Origin: Podarcis tiliguerta
Lineage: Eukaryota
Assembly (NCBI GenBank): GCA_965153285.1
Contig: OZ229110.1
Length of the DNA: 63,727 nt
Strand: one strand, 5' to 3'
The notes below the pieces were generated by a model. That model did not search any database. It was not told the DNA's origin and saw only the letters and a list, made by a program, of their open reading frames with translations. Positions 50,975-62,997 of the stretch are shown in pieces (the first letter of the stretch is position 1; each line of letters begins with the position of its first letter). A program made the translations under genes and the position numbers.

Positions 50975-51280
50975 AAAGTCTGAAACCATAGCTCATTTTT
51001 ACTTCTGCATTTCTTGTTTCTGGATAAAGCATTAAACTGTCCTTTTTATATGGAGAAGAAATAAAACCTTTCAGCAAGCTGATTTCTATGACTGCAGGGG
51101 GCTGTACATATTAGAAAAGCCTTCAAGGCTTGGGATATAGTCTGAACCTTAGCTCACAGGGAACGCTGATGAGGCAACTGCCTCTCTTCTCGAAAAAGGA
51201 CAGTCAGGGACAACATAGGGCACTAAGATGGACACGCAAAACTAGCACAGGAAAGTTTTTAGGGAGGTTTTTCCCTATAT

Positions 51281-51420
51281 AGGGAAGTTTTTAATGTTTG
51301 ATTTTTTTTTTAATTAAGTTTTTATATCCATTGGAAGCTGCCCAGAGTGGCTGGAGCAGCCCAGTCAGATGGGCAGGGTACAAATAATAAAATTGTTGTT
51401 ATTGTTATTATTAGTAGCAG
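51281..51420 (+). mobile_element. L2-like LINE 3' tail
   Basis: GGAAGCTGCCCAGAGTGGCTGG..CCCAGTCAGATGGGCAGGGTACAAATAATAAA followed by a (TTA/TTG)n tail. Confidence 0.75.
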
Positions 51421-51578
51421 TAAATCAGCTGGACAGAATGTGCAACATGTAATGGCAACTGGTCATCTGCATCCACTGTGCTAGTAGAGAACAGCAGAAG
51501 CAAAATCCTTTAATGCATGTGAACAATGAGGAATAGATGTGCAAACTGGGGATGTCTCAGTGTCAAAATATCTCACAA

Positions 51579-51714
51579 CTGTGTATATGCCATACAATTA
51601 AAGCACATGACGCCTACCCCAAAGAATCTGGGGAATTGTAGTTTGTGAATGGCACTGGGAATTGCAGCTCTGTGAGGGGAAGTCATGTGCATTTAATGTA
51701 TGGAATGTACGCAG
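51579..51714. mobile_element. Palindromic MITE (Harbinger-like)
   Basis: ~33-bp imperfect arms CTGTGTATATGCCATACAATTAAAGCACATGAC / GTCATGTGCATTTAATGTATGGAATGTACGCAG around a GGGAATTGTAG repeat. Confidence 0.7.
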
Positions 51715-51789
51715 GCATAAGAGTGAATCTGTTATTATTGAATGATACCAGTGACACAATATCAGTAAGTCAATTGACCTGGCTCCAGG

Positions 51790-52234
51790 CAGTGGCATAG
51801 GAATGGGGGTGCGGGCCAACCCAGGTGTCATCACATAGGGGGGTGACAAAAATATGAGTTTAATTTAAAAAGGGGGGGCTCATGAAACTTTTTAGTTCAG
51901 TCAACAAACGCAACAAACGCAGCTTGCCCTGGGTGCCACACCGTGGGGGCTTGCACTTACAGCGGGGCCTGCAGCATGCCCGAACCACGCATCTCTCCTA
52001 GGAGTGACATAGTGGCTTAGGCACCTGCAGGCTTCAGACGCTGCCTGAAAAGGCAACGTGAGGCTTGCATCTGCCCACTGCCTCAGCCGCCCTACAGCTG
52101 AAGGGGAGACTGCAGAGAGGCTCCACACAGCACACCCTGCCTTGGCTTGCCTCGCCCCCATGGGTGGCCCGCTCCACCCTGGCTGCAGGACGCGCACGCC
52201 ACACTGGGCACCTGAGTGGCTAGCTATGCCACTG
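51790..52234. mobile_element. hAT non-autonomous element (445 bp, GC-rich)
   Basis: TIRs CAGTGGCATAG / CTATGCCACTG and a perfect 8-bp TSD GCTCCAGG (51782-89, 52235-42). Confidence 0.9.
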
Positions 52235-54929
52235 GCTCCAGGCACTGAGATTTGGTTCCAACAAGCACCATATGGCATCCTACAAAGGCCAGAGTACATG
52301 GTCTTCCTCTTTTTAGGCAAATGGAACATCACCCACTTCTAAAGGATGGATTAACAAGTGTGCTGACAGCCAGGTAGGCAGTCAGTCATCTTGCAACTGC
52401 CAGCAGAAAAGCCACTTCATTAAAGTAGCATATGTGGGCTGAGGAACGGGGGAATCAGAGAGGATTTCCAAGGCCTATTTCTCAGTGTCGTTACTGAGAG
52501 GGATTCCCCCCACAGACAGGAGTGGCTGTAGGATTCCCCCTCTATCTCCCCTGCTGAACCTGTGAAGAGATGCTGGCAGAAGGTCAAGCATGGGTGAGGA
52601 GAAGGAAGGAAGAAGGCGAATAGTTACTGTTTTCTCCAAGGCCTCCCAGGAATCAGACTAAAAACTTTTCAGATACATTTCAACTTTTGCACACCATGTG
52701 AGTGCAGGAAAGACACAGCCTAGTTCTTATTCTCAATACTCTCTTCCCTATTCCTCCTCAGCTAAATATCCAAATTTCAGAAGCTGGTTATTGGGAACGG
52801 GGGAGACTATTCCTTTTTGAGTGACTGAATTTGATGTTCAGGTTACAGATATCTTGGGTTGTTTCTTCTCAATAGGCAATTCGGTTTACATTTTGTTGCT
52901 TCCACTGTGCTAGCCTGTCCTTTTGCTTCCCTCTGTTTTTCTTTTCTCGTCCCCTTCCTCCTCCTTACACTTTACAAAGTTCTCAGGGAATTTATTTGTA
53001 TGTGTTTTATTTTCACACACAAAAAGAATTTCAGGGCTGTAAGCTTTGCTCTAAGGCCACTGCAGGGGCTTCAGCTGCAGTCCCACGCTCTTTTACAAGC
53101 ATGTAATTACAGATCTGCAAGTGAGAAGGCAAATTCTCCCTACGGCATGTATCGAAACCTGACATAAGGCCAATAGGACACTGACTCAGAGGACCATTTT
53201 TACCTACATTCTAAGCCTGCAAAATTCCCCCGTGCTGCTGAGAGAGTTTTGTATTGACTACAGCTGATGTCCTGTATTCTAAAACAACCTTCCAAACTTG
53301 GGTAGCTCCTTTCACTTCTCATTTGTTTTCAAGCCCTAAGTTATGCCTTATATGACATATATGTTTCTGTAAACTCAGAAGGCGACTGCTGGCAGCTCAC
53401 ATTTTCACACAGCTTCTTCAGTGACCCCTAACATCTGCCTAACCCCATAGCATATACAAACCAGCTAGGACCCGGGCGAAAGAGTAGAGTGCTATTTTTA
53501 CTGTGTTTTTAGGAAAACAAGTTTGTTATAATACCAGGCCAATCATTTTTCTCAAAGCATTTTTTTTTATTGTTACAGTTTTCTATTGACCGTCTGTGTG
53601 GTCAGCTTTAATTCTTGTGAATTTTGTCTTCTACTGGGAAGCATGCACACTTTGCTCTTTTATTACTTGTTGTTGTCGTCGTTGCCTCCTCCTCCTCGGT
53701 GTCTCAGAATTTTGAATTCTTCTTCCTTTGTCTCCAAAAAGGAAATTGCTAAAAGCATTTCCACCTGGATGTTTGAATTATTTAAGTTGCAGGAACCAGA
53801 CCTTTTCCCTCCTGAGTAGTTGTGTGTTTTAAAGGCTAAAATTGCTTCATCATGCCAAAACAAAAGTATGCATACATTATTTAGTTAAACCTGAGGAAAA
53901 TACAGACTTTTTCTAGTGATCTTCTTATGGCTAGCTACTTACATTTCAGAATAATTGATGGGGTTTGTCTTCCTTCTCTGAAGTAATACTGTGAGTTTTA
54001 TCTGTTCCGTTTTGCAAGATAACTAGCGAAATCTGTCGATTTATCCGGACTGTCCTGTATTTAAACAAAACTAAACGAAACTAAATGAGATGATATAGTA
54101 GACTATGTAAGCACTAATATTTCACGGTGGGGCGGGGGGACTATACAAATTTTTCCTCTGCAAAGAACAGGTAACATACTGTAGTGAATGTTCCCAATGC
54201 CATAGCAAAGGTTGTGTCAGCACTTTCATTATCATCTCTGTTTATGAGGAATTTATAGCTCAACTGTAAAAATACAGAAGGAGCAATTTTTTAAAACCTA
54301 CTTCCAGCTGACATTTTTTATTAACGCTGGGCCAGAGAGTCATACTCTCACTCTCACTGAATAGTACCTTTCCTTCTTCAATAAGGTTTGTTAGTTAGCC
54401 AGCCTCACTATCGGTCAATGCTTATTTTGAAAAAAAATCTTGCTTTTTGTAAGTTAGGCTATGCTTAAGTATTATCTTAGTAAAGGACTGCAATTCAAAC
54501 ACAGACATACACACTGTTCCGTCAAGAGACATATGAAAGCGACAGAAATGTTTCCTTATAATGCAGAGTCTTTGGATAGATAGTATTTGATACATGTCCT
54601 GTTGTCCGCTGTACAGAAAGTCTTTGACACCTAGTATAGCAGAACTGCATTTCTGCATGTGTGCTCTAGGTTGATGTAATAGGTTCAGGGAAAATTATTT
54701 GCTTACTTCTAAATTATTATGGAGAAACAGTTGCTTCCAAATTTGGGAATGAGGAAACAGGATTAAGGAAATGGTACACCCTCTACTTCTTATCTTAGAA
54801 TTGCTAAAAGTCACACATGATATTTCCATGTCACGATGACAGGCCACACTCAGATCTTTTATGTAAGCACTAAACAGATATCAGAAATATTTGTCAATGG
54901 ACTAGTTTGCAGTTAAATATATATTCGGT

Positions 54930-55284
54930 AGCCATGTTTGGACAATCATTCATGCATCACCTTTTCAGCATGAGAAATCAGTCCAGGAGGTTTTCAATTA
55001 ACCATCGTTTTCTGTTTCATCCCAGTCAGGAAAACTATAGTTACCAGCTTCAGAACGAGTCAAGATATTAAACTATGGTTTGAAGTTGGTTTAATATTAG
55101 CTTGTTCCAAAATTAGTAACCATATGATACCAGTTTGGGTGAAATGGAAAGCCATGGTTAATTAGAGGTTTCCTAGTTTAATTGTAGGTTGTGTGAAGAG
55201 AGAAGGAAAAGCTTTGCATGCAACAGCAAAAAGCAAATTAATATTTCATCTTATTAAACTGAGATGTGATAATCTAAACTGGTT
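54930..55284. mobile_element. Old palindromic MITE (~355 bp)
   Basis: Nested inverted arms ATTAACCATCGTTTTCTGTTTCATCC / GGGTGAAATGGAAAGCCATGGTTAAT, centre ATATTAAAC...GTTTAATAT, with weaker outer arms. Confidence 0.55.
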
Positions 55285-55909
55285 CAGTGGCACATTCGAT
55301 TTTGCTACCAGGTAATATGTGCTACAGTTCTGCCGTGTCGATCATGGCCTTTGCAACATAATATACAAATCATACTTATTGTGCAAAGTATTAGTGAGCA
55401 TATAGGGAAAACTAGGTTTTGAAAACATGTTAAAGAATTTTCCAGGGCAAAGTGGAAATGGAGAGGTCTGATCCCATTCCTAATTGTGAATGCAGAACGA
55501 ATGGGACAAGTATAATTAAGGAAGCTGGTTACATTTGTTCCTAACATAAGCCATTGAGAGAGGTTGATCTGTGCAAATGGCTGCATTTGCAATGAGCATG
55601 CATAGCCTTAAGTTTTACAGTTTGGACTCCAAAAAATTGACATTTGAAAAACAATTAGCCCACAGATTAGACTCCTAACAGTGCATCCAGCAAAGCTCAT
55701 GAGAGTTCACCAAATGACTTAGGAGTAGGGGTATGGCGGGAATCCTTTAACTTTTGTTCTCTGTGCCAAAAACTTGCAAACATCTTTGACTAGGCTTGAA
55801 CTTGTAGTGGATTCAGACAATCACTTCATCCCCCTATTCCCACTATTGCCTCCGACTGAAAAGACTCACCTTGAGATGGAGGCTAAGACTATCACACAGT
55901 GATGAAGCC

Positions 55910-55956
55910 TCTATCTATCTATATATCTATCTATCATCTGTCATCTATCTATCTAT
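55910..55956. repeat. Imperfect (TCTA)n microsatellite
   Basis: Direct reading. Confidence 0.85.
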
Positions 55957-56430
55957 ATTAATGTGCTGAAAACATGAACGCTCCAGAGTTAATTGTAAAT
56001 AGCACCACTTTTAAGGCATCCTAGCTATGCAGGGATCAATCACGTGATGACTTCAAATGAAACTGCAGTGTTTAAAAAAAACAGGAAGGAAGGAAGATAT
56101 ATCTATATGAATTCCTGAATGATTGTAAATTATAAGACTGCAACAGCACATTGACTTAAATTTGAATTGCTTGTCACTTTCATAAAAGTGCATGAGTCAA
56201 TGGCTTATCATCAGAGTCTCTATTCATGCTTATTTTCAAGCTGTAATTTCAGGAATGACCCAACATATATAGCACATGTAGAACATTTTATTGCTTTCCA
56301 CCTGTGTTTGTTAATTAATCATGATCGGTTTGAGTTTTAATCCTATCTTCCAAATTGTCACCTATTCCTTATGATTTGGTATCATTTGAACATGTCATGA
56401 ACATACTATTTACCTCGACAACATAATATT

Positions 56431-56490
56431 TAGAACATGAGAACAGTTTTACTAGCTCAAACAAAGGGTCCATCTGCTGTGACATCTTAT
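56431..56490 (-). mobile_element. Short CR1-type 3' terminus fragment
   Basis: TAGAACATGAGAACAG..ACTAGCTCAAACAAAGGGTCCATCT. Confidence 0.45.
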
Positions 56491-56636
56491 ATAAACTCTG
56501 AGATCATGCCTGCCCCTTTAACAGCTTCAAAGCAACAAGATAACTTACATCAGCTGTGCCTCCTGTTGGTTCTTTCACTAGTTCATTTCCTGCTTCTCTT
56601 TTGCACTCCTCATTTTCTTCACCATAGTGAATTAGG

Positions 56637-56756
56637 TATGGGCATAGTCACGATTTTTGTTGTGGGGGGGGGACCTAAGTTTGCTATATATTTTTATTGA
56701 TTTTTATTGATTTGGGAGGGCAGCTGCCCCCCTGCCCCTCCTTGGCTACGCTCATG
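56637..56756. mobile_element. hAT MITE (120 bp)
   Basis: Ends TATGGGCATAGTCA / TGGCTACGCTCATG, with 8-bp TSD GAATTAGG / CAATTAGG. Confidence 0.75.
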
Positions 56757-58347
56757 CAATTAGGACTTTAGTACAGTAGTAGAGAAACGAGAAATGTACT
56801 GTGGCTGTCCCACTTTTCGGTGTGTTATACCTTTAAAGGGGTACACGTAATCTCTGCCAAGTCAATTAATTCCAAACTTAGAGGGCATTTCAGAGCAGGA
56901 CAGAATGCTGTTGAACCCTGCACAGCTTTCAGCAGTGAAACTCTTGGCAAGAAGATGCATGTGCTGACTATTGTATTTAGTAATCACTGGTATATCTTGG
57001 CAGTTCTTCAACTGTGGCAAAGCAAGTAAGGTCTGCTCTATATATGAAGCAGAATGTGGTTTCAGAAGGATCTTTGCAACACAAAGTTGAGGCTCAAGAG
57101 TCTTAAATGCTCCCTTGCATGTAGGAAAGTAGCACGTTCACCACACCCTACATTCCCGCTTCAAACATGCAAGGATGTTTTTTAAAAAAAACACCAGCTC
57201 CATGGGTGAAACAACAACAAAACGGTGTCTGTCATCAGGGGCCTGATGTGGAACAGTCCATTCTACCACCTCATTCTTCTGCACATGTAGACCAGGCCAT
57301 GCCTACCTCAGTCAAGAAGGAAATAATAAAGGTAACCAACTGATGCCATCAGACCACCGGATCAGTGACACTATAGTACCTGGCAAGAATGCATAACCAA
57401 GTAGTTCTATCACCATGAAATAAAGCTGACTCCATCAACTAAGAAGGACCTAACATCCTTACCCCTTTTACTACTATGATGCAGGACCTTGGTATGATTC
57501 AGTTGCGCCATACTGTGAACAACACAGCAACCCCTCCAGACCTAAGCCCAGTTCCCAGCAGTGGAGCTGGACCACCACACCAAACAATTGCTCCATAGAA
57601 CAAAACAGAAAACTGACAGATGACAGGCCAGCTAACTCCCAAGGAAGAGAGAGAGTGGAGGCCTATAGAGACTTATGGTGGCTCCCAAGGGAAGCCCCTT
57701 AGGCGTCATTGGCTTCCAACCACGCCACTCAGCATACCTGGGCCTACATATATTATGCTGGATCAGAGGAGGACAGCATCTTCTGTCAAGAGTTGTATTG
57801 TTATGTACCTACTTGTGAAGTTCCTGCATTTTTTTAAAGGAAAGGATATCAGAATCATAGTCTATGCTATGCCATTAATCTTCCCCTTCCTGTTTTGAAT
57901 CCAGCTATGCAGATGGGCTTGATTTGAGCTAGGCCTTGGTCCTGTAGACTGTCTCTCTGTGAACAGGAAAACCTTGAGGAAATAGCAATGCTTAGGTGGT
58001 ACCTGTGACATGGGAATCTCCATACTTTCCTTTCAGAGCTCCTCTACTCTTCAAGGTGAACCCTTGTTCATCTACATCCTTACCATTTTAAGTATTGCTT
58101 ACAGGCACAGGACCTCCCTGAAGGCAACAGGTAAATATTGTCAGGATTGACATCTGATAATAGACAAATATTTTTGCAACATTTTTAGAGTTCTCAATAC
58201 TTTTATTCAACCTGTCCCTCCAAGCTTGTTTTGATTACGTTTTTATGTACCTCTTGTGTATGCCAAAGAAAGTAGCCCATTTTTTCTGAACTGGAGAGAG
58301 AAAAGCAGGAGTCCTGGAAGGAGGGTTAGTTATTAGCTTCTTCTTAT

Positions 58348-58351
<4 letters not shown>

Positions 58352-58401
<50 letters not shown>
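58352..58401. repeat. (AG)n microsatellite
   Basis: Perfect run. Confidence 0.95.
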
Positions 58402-58402
<1 letters not shown>

Positions 58403-59902
58403 CTGACATGGGCATTAATTCATTATCAGTCTCTTCAATTTTTGTGCTGCAAACTTAAACATGTTGGGTCATGTAATGTTTATCAAGTTACAGAAGACAA
58501 ATGCATCATCAGGCAAAATATTTGGTGAGATAAGATTGAGTCTGAAAGACAAAGCATCAACAACCTATGGGGCTGACGCTTAACTCAAGGCCAATTCACC
58601 TGGCAGCATGTTAGTCTAACAAACATGCACCCCACCATGAATATTCGCTTTTGTTCGCCTGGATAGAACTTGTGCATGGTAAGGTTTGCTATATGGCTCA
58701 ATTCGCCATGATTGGCAGCCTTCTTAAATGAGTTGTGCAGATTTTCATCACGAAGTTTGGCCTAGGAATAGTGGAGGTTTGTGCTCGTGGAGAACTTCGC
58801 CACTTCCCCACATGCCAGTCAGACCAAACAGACCAAAACGTCTGCACCAACTGCAAAACAAGCTCAGTCCGGGGTCTTGTGAATGGCTCTATGGCAGCAG
58901 AGGAGAAATAAAGCACAATGCTGACAGGCAGTTTCCCATAATCGTGAATCTAATTCCCTTGCTTAGCCTGTATTGCCAACCGAAAACTACCGTTTTGCAT
59001 TATTAGAAAGAAATGTACTGCATGTAACCATAATATAAAGAGACCTGGCTGAATAAAACTGTTTGCTGAAATATTGTTTTCAAAATACACAGAGTCATTT
59101 CACACTTTAACTTACACCTTTTCATTACCTGCTAATAAAACTAGAATGAATAGATTTGCCTAAACTTGTTTTGCTAATAGTGTTAGCCTCCTGGGTAAGG
59201 CAAACCTTCAGAGATGCACACACTAAATTATAACAGCCGCTGTGCTTTTCTCCCCTCCCTCCTTTTTAAAATTAACTTGTCCAATGATAAGAAATGGAGC
59301 TCCCTCCCCACCTCACCCCATTCCAAGACAGGCTCATATAGGGGGGCCTTATTTCTGCTTCCTCCACACCCAGAGCTATAAGCATCCTTGTAACATAGAT
59401 AACAGAGTTAAGTATAGAAAATGCATTGCTCAGTTCCTGGTCTCTCTACTGCCATGTGAATGATAAATCTTAAAACAGGGGTTATAAATCTCTCTTTTTT
59501 TTATTAAACTTATAACATGACTGCTGCACAAATAGTGTGCAAATAGAGAAGGATATACATTTAATTTATTCCCAGCGATCTCTGTGAAAGAACATAAATT
59601 GCATTTTGAAAGCTTCCCACCATATAAAAGTTCATTTTGATTATATGTGTGTATGTGTGTGTTAATTGACATTTCCAAACTGCATGCCCTTCCTTAAAGA
59701 GCAAATATCTGTCATGTAGTTATAAAATCAGTTCTAATTTTCTTACTATGAAGCCACAGATAATCAGCCTGTAAATTTCAGCCATGTTGCTACTCTCCAC
59801 GTATGTGAAGCCGTAAATTCAAAACCGTATGCAGGTTGGTGAAAATTGAGGTCTAGGCAGCAAAGCATGTCCATAAACTTTTCTCAGGTTATTGGAATAG
59901 AA

Positions 59903-60163
59903 NNNNNNNNNNNNNNNNNNNNNNNNNNNNNNNNNNNNNNNNNNNNNNNNNNNNNNNNNNNNNNNNNNNNNNNNNNNNNNNNNNNNNNNNNNNNNNNNNN
60001 NNNNNNNNNNNNNNNNNNNNNNNNNNNNNNNNNNNNNNNNNNNNNNNNNNNNNNNNNNNNNNNNNNNNNNNNNNNNNNNNNNNNNNNNNNNNNNNNNNNN
60101 NNNNNNNNNNNNNNNNNNNNNNNNNNNNNNNNNNNNNNNNNNNNNNNNNNNNNNNNNNNNNNN
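59903..60163. other. Assembly gap (261 N)
   Basis: N run. Confidence 0.95.
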
Positions 60164-60376
60164 TGTTTCGTTTCGTTGTGTGTGTGTGTGTGTGTTTTAC
60201 AGTAAATGAAATCGGCTCTCAAACACCTCCCCCAGTCATATGTAGCCCAAATCAAATCTTTCCTGTTACGAACAGTGAACAACAACTGTCTGTTTTTCTT
60301 TTTCTTTTTCTTTTAGTATGTGAGGAGAGTGTTAACCAGAGGCAGATTTACCAGTTTATCTCAACTTGTGACTGAT

Positions 60377-60405
60377 TGGATGGATGGATGGATGGATGGA
60401 TGGAT
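60377..60405. repeat. (TGGA)n microsatellite
   Basis: Direct reading. Confidence 0.9.
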
Positions 60406-61157
60406 TCGGGGAGGAACTTGATGGATGTTAACATCTACATTCAGCAACATTACAGGGGAATTCCTTTAGCAAGGCACTGTGGGAGAAAGCCAGAGCTTTC
60501 AATGCAGCAGGCAAGCCATAAACAAAACTACTCAGAGTGAGGTGGTATAAACTGGGTTACTAAATTTGGTTTTGCATTGTTTCCACACAAGGGACTGAAT
60601 TGTAATGTTAATCTGATTAGACTCATTAAGAATGCAACTCACCCTAGCGCAGAGAGTCCACTGGGAGGTTTTCTGCATCACTTCACCTCACATTAAAGAT
60701 TTAACTGTGGCTTGACACTTTTGATGGTGATGGTGGTAGGACTGGTGTGTACTAACTGTTTGCGGGGCTGATTTCCCCCATCCAAATCTTGGTCTCAAGT
60801 CACTCTTGCTGGGCTCAGTTCTTTCACCCTTCACAGGACAATGGTGGAAAGCCCAGTTATGATATCATGGTATCAATTCTAGCACATGCCTAGAGGACAA
60901 CCATGTTTTCCCAAGTGGCTCAGGGGCTATCAAAAATAATTTGGAATTCAGATGAACAGGAGTGCTATTTATGGAGGGATATACAGGCATGGTTCCACGT
61001 GACCAACACATATTCTGAGAGATAAGAAAAGGAAGTCATATATTTGTCTTTAAGGGAATGCACTGCTGGGTTGCAGCCTAATATAAGGTGGGTCACAATG
61101 GCAGCATTGCCACCCTAAACATGTATAATTTAAAACCAGTTAATAAGTTTCCAGATA

Positions 61158-61514
61158 CAGTGGTACCTCTGGTTATGAACTTAATTCGTTCCGGAGGTCC
61201 GTTCTTAACCTGAAACTGTTCTTAACCTGAGGTACCACTTTAGCTAATGGGGGCTCCCGCTGCCGCTGGGCGATTTCTGTTCTCTATCTGAGGTAAAGTT
61301 TTTAACCTGAGGTACTACCGTATTTTTCGCTCTATAGGACGCACTTTTCCCCCTCCAAAAATGAAGGGGAAATGTGTGTGCGTCCTATGGAGCAAATGCA
61401 GGCTTTCGCGGAAGCCTGGAGAGCGAGAGGGGTCGGTGCGGTACTTCCGGGTTAGCGGAGTCTGTAACCCGAAGCGTTTGTAACCCGAGTTGTTTGTAAC
61501 CCAAGGTACCACTG
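61158..61514 (+). mobile_element. Tc1/mariner MITE, copy 2, carrying a nested insertion
   Basis: TA-CAGTGGTACCTCTGGTTA ... TAACCCAAGGTACCACTG-TA; colinear with copy 1 apart from 61318-61443. Confidence 0.92.
61318..61441. mobile_element. Second Tc1/mariner (pogo/Tc2-like) MITE, internally deleted, nested at a TA
   Basis: TA-CCGTATTTTTCGCTCTATAGGACGCAC...GTGCGTCCTATGGAGC...GGTGCGG-TA. Removing it plus one TA restores GGTACTACTTCCGGGTTAGCGG as in the other copies. Confidence 0.8.
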
Positions 61515-62755
61515 TATACATTTGGACTAAAGGTGAGCACAGGGTCCGAAAAGATTTGTTAGAGCCAATAACATACTGGATATAGGATACAGAACAGGAC
61601 TGAAGTTGTAAAGCATTCCAAAATTCCCACCCTGAAACTACTTCTGTGTCAGTATTCACATGAAGCCGTCATGTGCCCCTGTCATGTGTGATCGGTGCTC
61701 GTGCATAATTTTTTGCTATATACATGTTTGGAAATCACAGCCAGTCACAGCTTCCCAGTTTATCTACAGGCAGTAAAAGACACATGTATTTGCAGTTATC
61801 TCACATTATGGCATATGCATGGATTGTGAGATAATTCCAAACGGGAGCTCTTTCCAGTTAGGAATTGTATGTACATTCGAGCAACCTCCAGTTACTGCAA
61901 ACTTTGGCAAAGCCTAACTGTTTTACTGTTCCTTATCATGATTATATGTCTCATCCTTGAGCCACTGTACTGGCAAGCTCACAAGTTTATTTCTTGGTAG
62001 AGGGCATGAGGAATTCTAGCGCATGAAAGGCACCATAGGGGAAAAAATGTTTCTTGATCTAGCTGAATTCCTGATTCATTGTGCAGCTCATGAAACAAGA
62101 ACGATCTTAATAAGTGAATTCTATGAGATTTCTTTTCCTGTTTGACTTTTGGCACAGTAGTCCTTGGTGCCTAGTTTGAGCCTGGGGCTTGGTTTCAATC
62201 AGACTTTTGTTTGCCTAAGTACCAGTGTTGTCGTCATGATTATGGCTCATAATCCTTTTTGTTGTATTTTGGATAGCCCCTCTTCCCTCTCCTAACCTTC
62301 CCTCCCCATTTTGGTCATATGCCCTTAAAATTCCTGCTCGAACTGGCTGCTGGCGGTGGGTGCTTCTCATTTTCTCAACTGATCCTGCCATTTATTGAGT
62401 AATGTAAGCTCACAATGTGCCTATCGTGAGTGCCAGCTGTGAAACAGAAGCGTAGTCCTCCTGCTAACCTCTGGTTAAGCACCTCTCAGCTGGGTTGTCA
62501 CCTAAGTGCGTCCATAAAGACGTAACAGAGTTGTTCAGGTTGGATACAACCTCTTGGCAAATTCTCCTAAGCGAGTCCTGTTGAAATAGCTGTGGAAATG
62601 TGACGTTGCACAGCTCCCATTCCTTTCGCCAAGGCTTGTATAGAACTTCCCAGTGGATTTGGTCTTGCTGGATTGGCTATGGTTTATCATAAACAAGAAT
62701 AAATGCAGTCTCGAATTAAAGCATCTCAGAAATGGCTGCTTGCTCTACACCATTA

Positions 62756-62997
62756 CAGTGGTAACTCGGGTTACATACGCTTCAGGTTACATACGCTTCA
62801 GGTTACAGACTCCGCTAACCCAGAAATAGTGCCTCAGGTTAAGAACTTTGCTTCAGGATGTGAACAGAAATTGTGCTCTGGCGGCACAGCGGCAGCAGGA
62901 GGCCCCGTTAGCTAAAGTGGTGCTTCAGGTTAAGAACAGTTTCAGGTTAAGAACGGACCTCTGGAATGAATTAAGTACTTAACCCGAGGTACCACTG
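62756..62997 (-). mobile_element. Tc1/mariner MITE, copy 3 (inverted relative to copies 1 and 2)
   Basis: TA-CAGTGGTAACTCGGGTTA ... TAACCCGAGGTACCACTG-TA; the body is the reverse complement of copy 1. Confidence 0.92.

Noticed and set aside
51166-51195. Hammerhead core CTGATGA...GAAA
   Set aside because: The GGCA/TGCC stem is separated from GAAA by 9 unpaired nt, and there is no stem III or cleavage triplet.
51901-52342. 143-aa and 94-aa ORFs, or a CpG island
   Set aside because: They lie mostly inside the GC-rich hAT element 51790-52234, and no transposase motifs are present.
57365-57376. SP6 promoter / vector contamination (GTGACACTATAG)
   Set aside because: Only the last 12 of 18 nt match contiguously, upstream ATTTAG is absent, and there is no polylinker; consistent with chance.
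3323-60285. ORF-track entries spanning N gaps or microsatellites (poly-X, CVCV, HTHT, ERER, LSLS)
   Set aside because: Artefacts of gaps and simple repeats.
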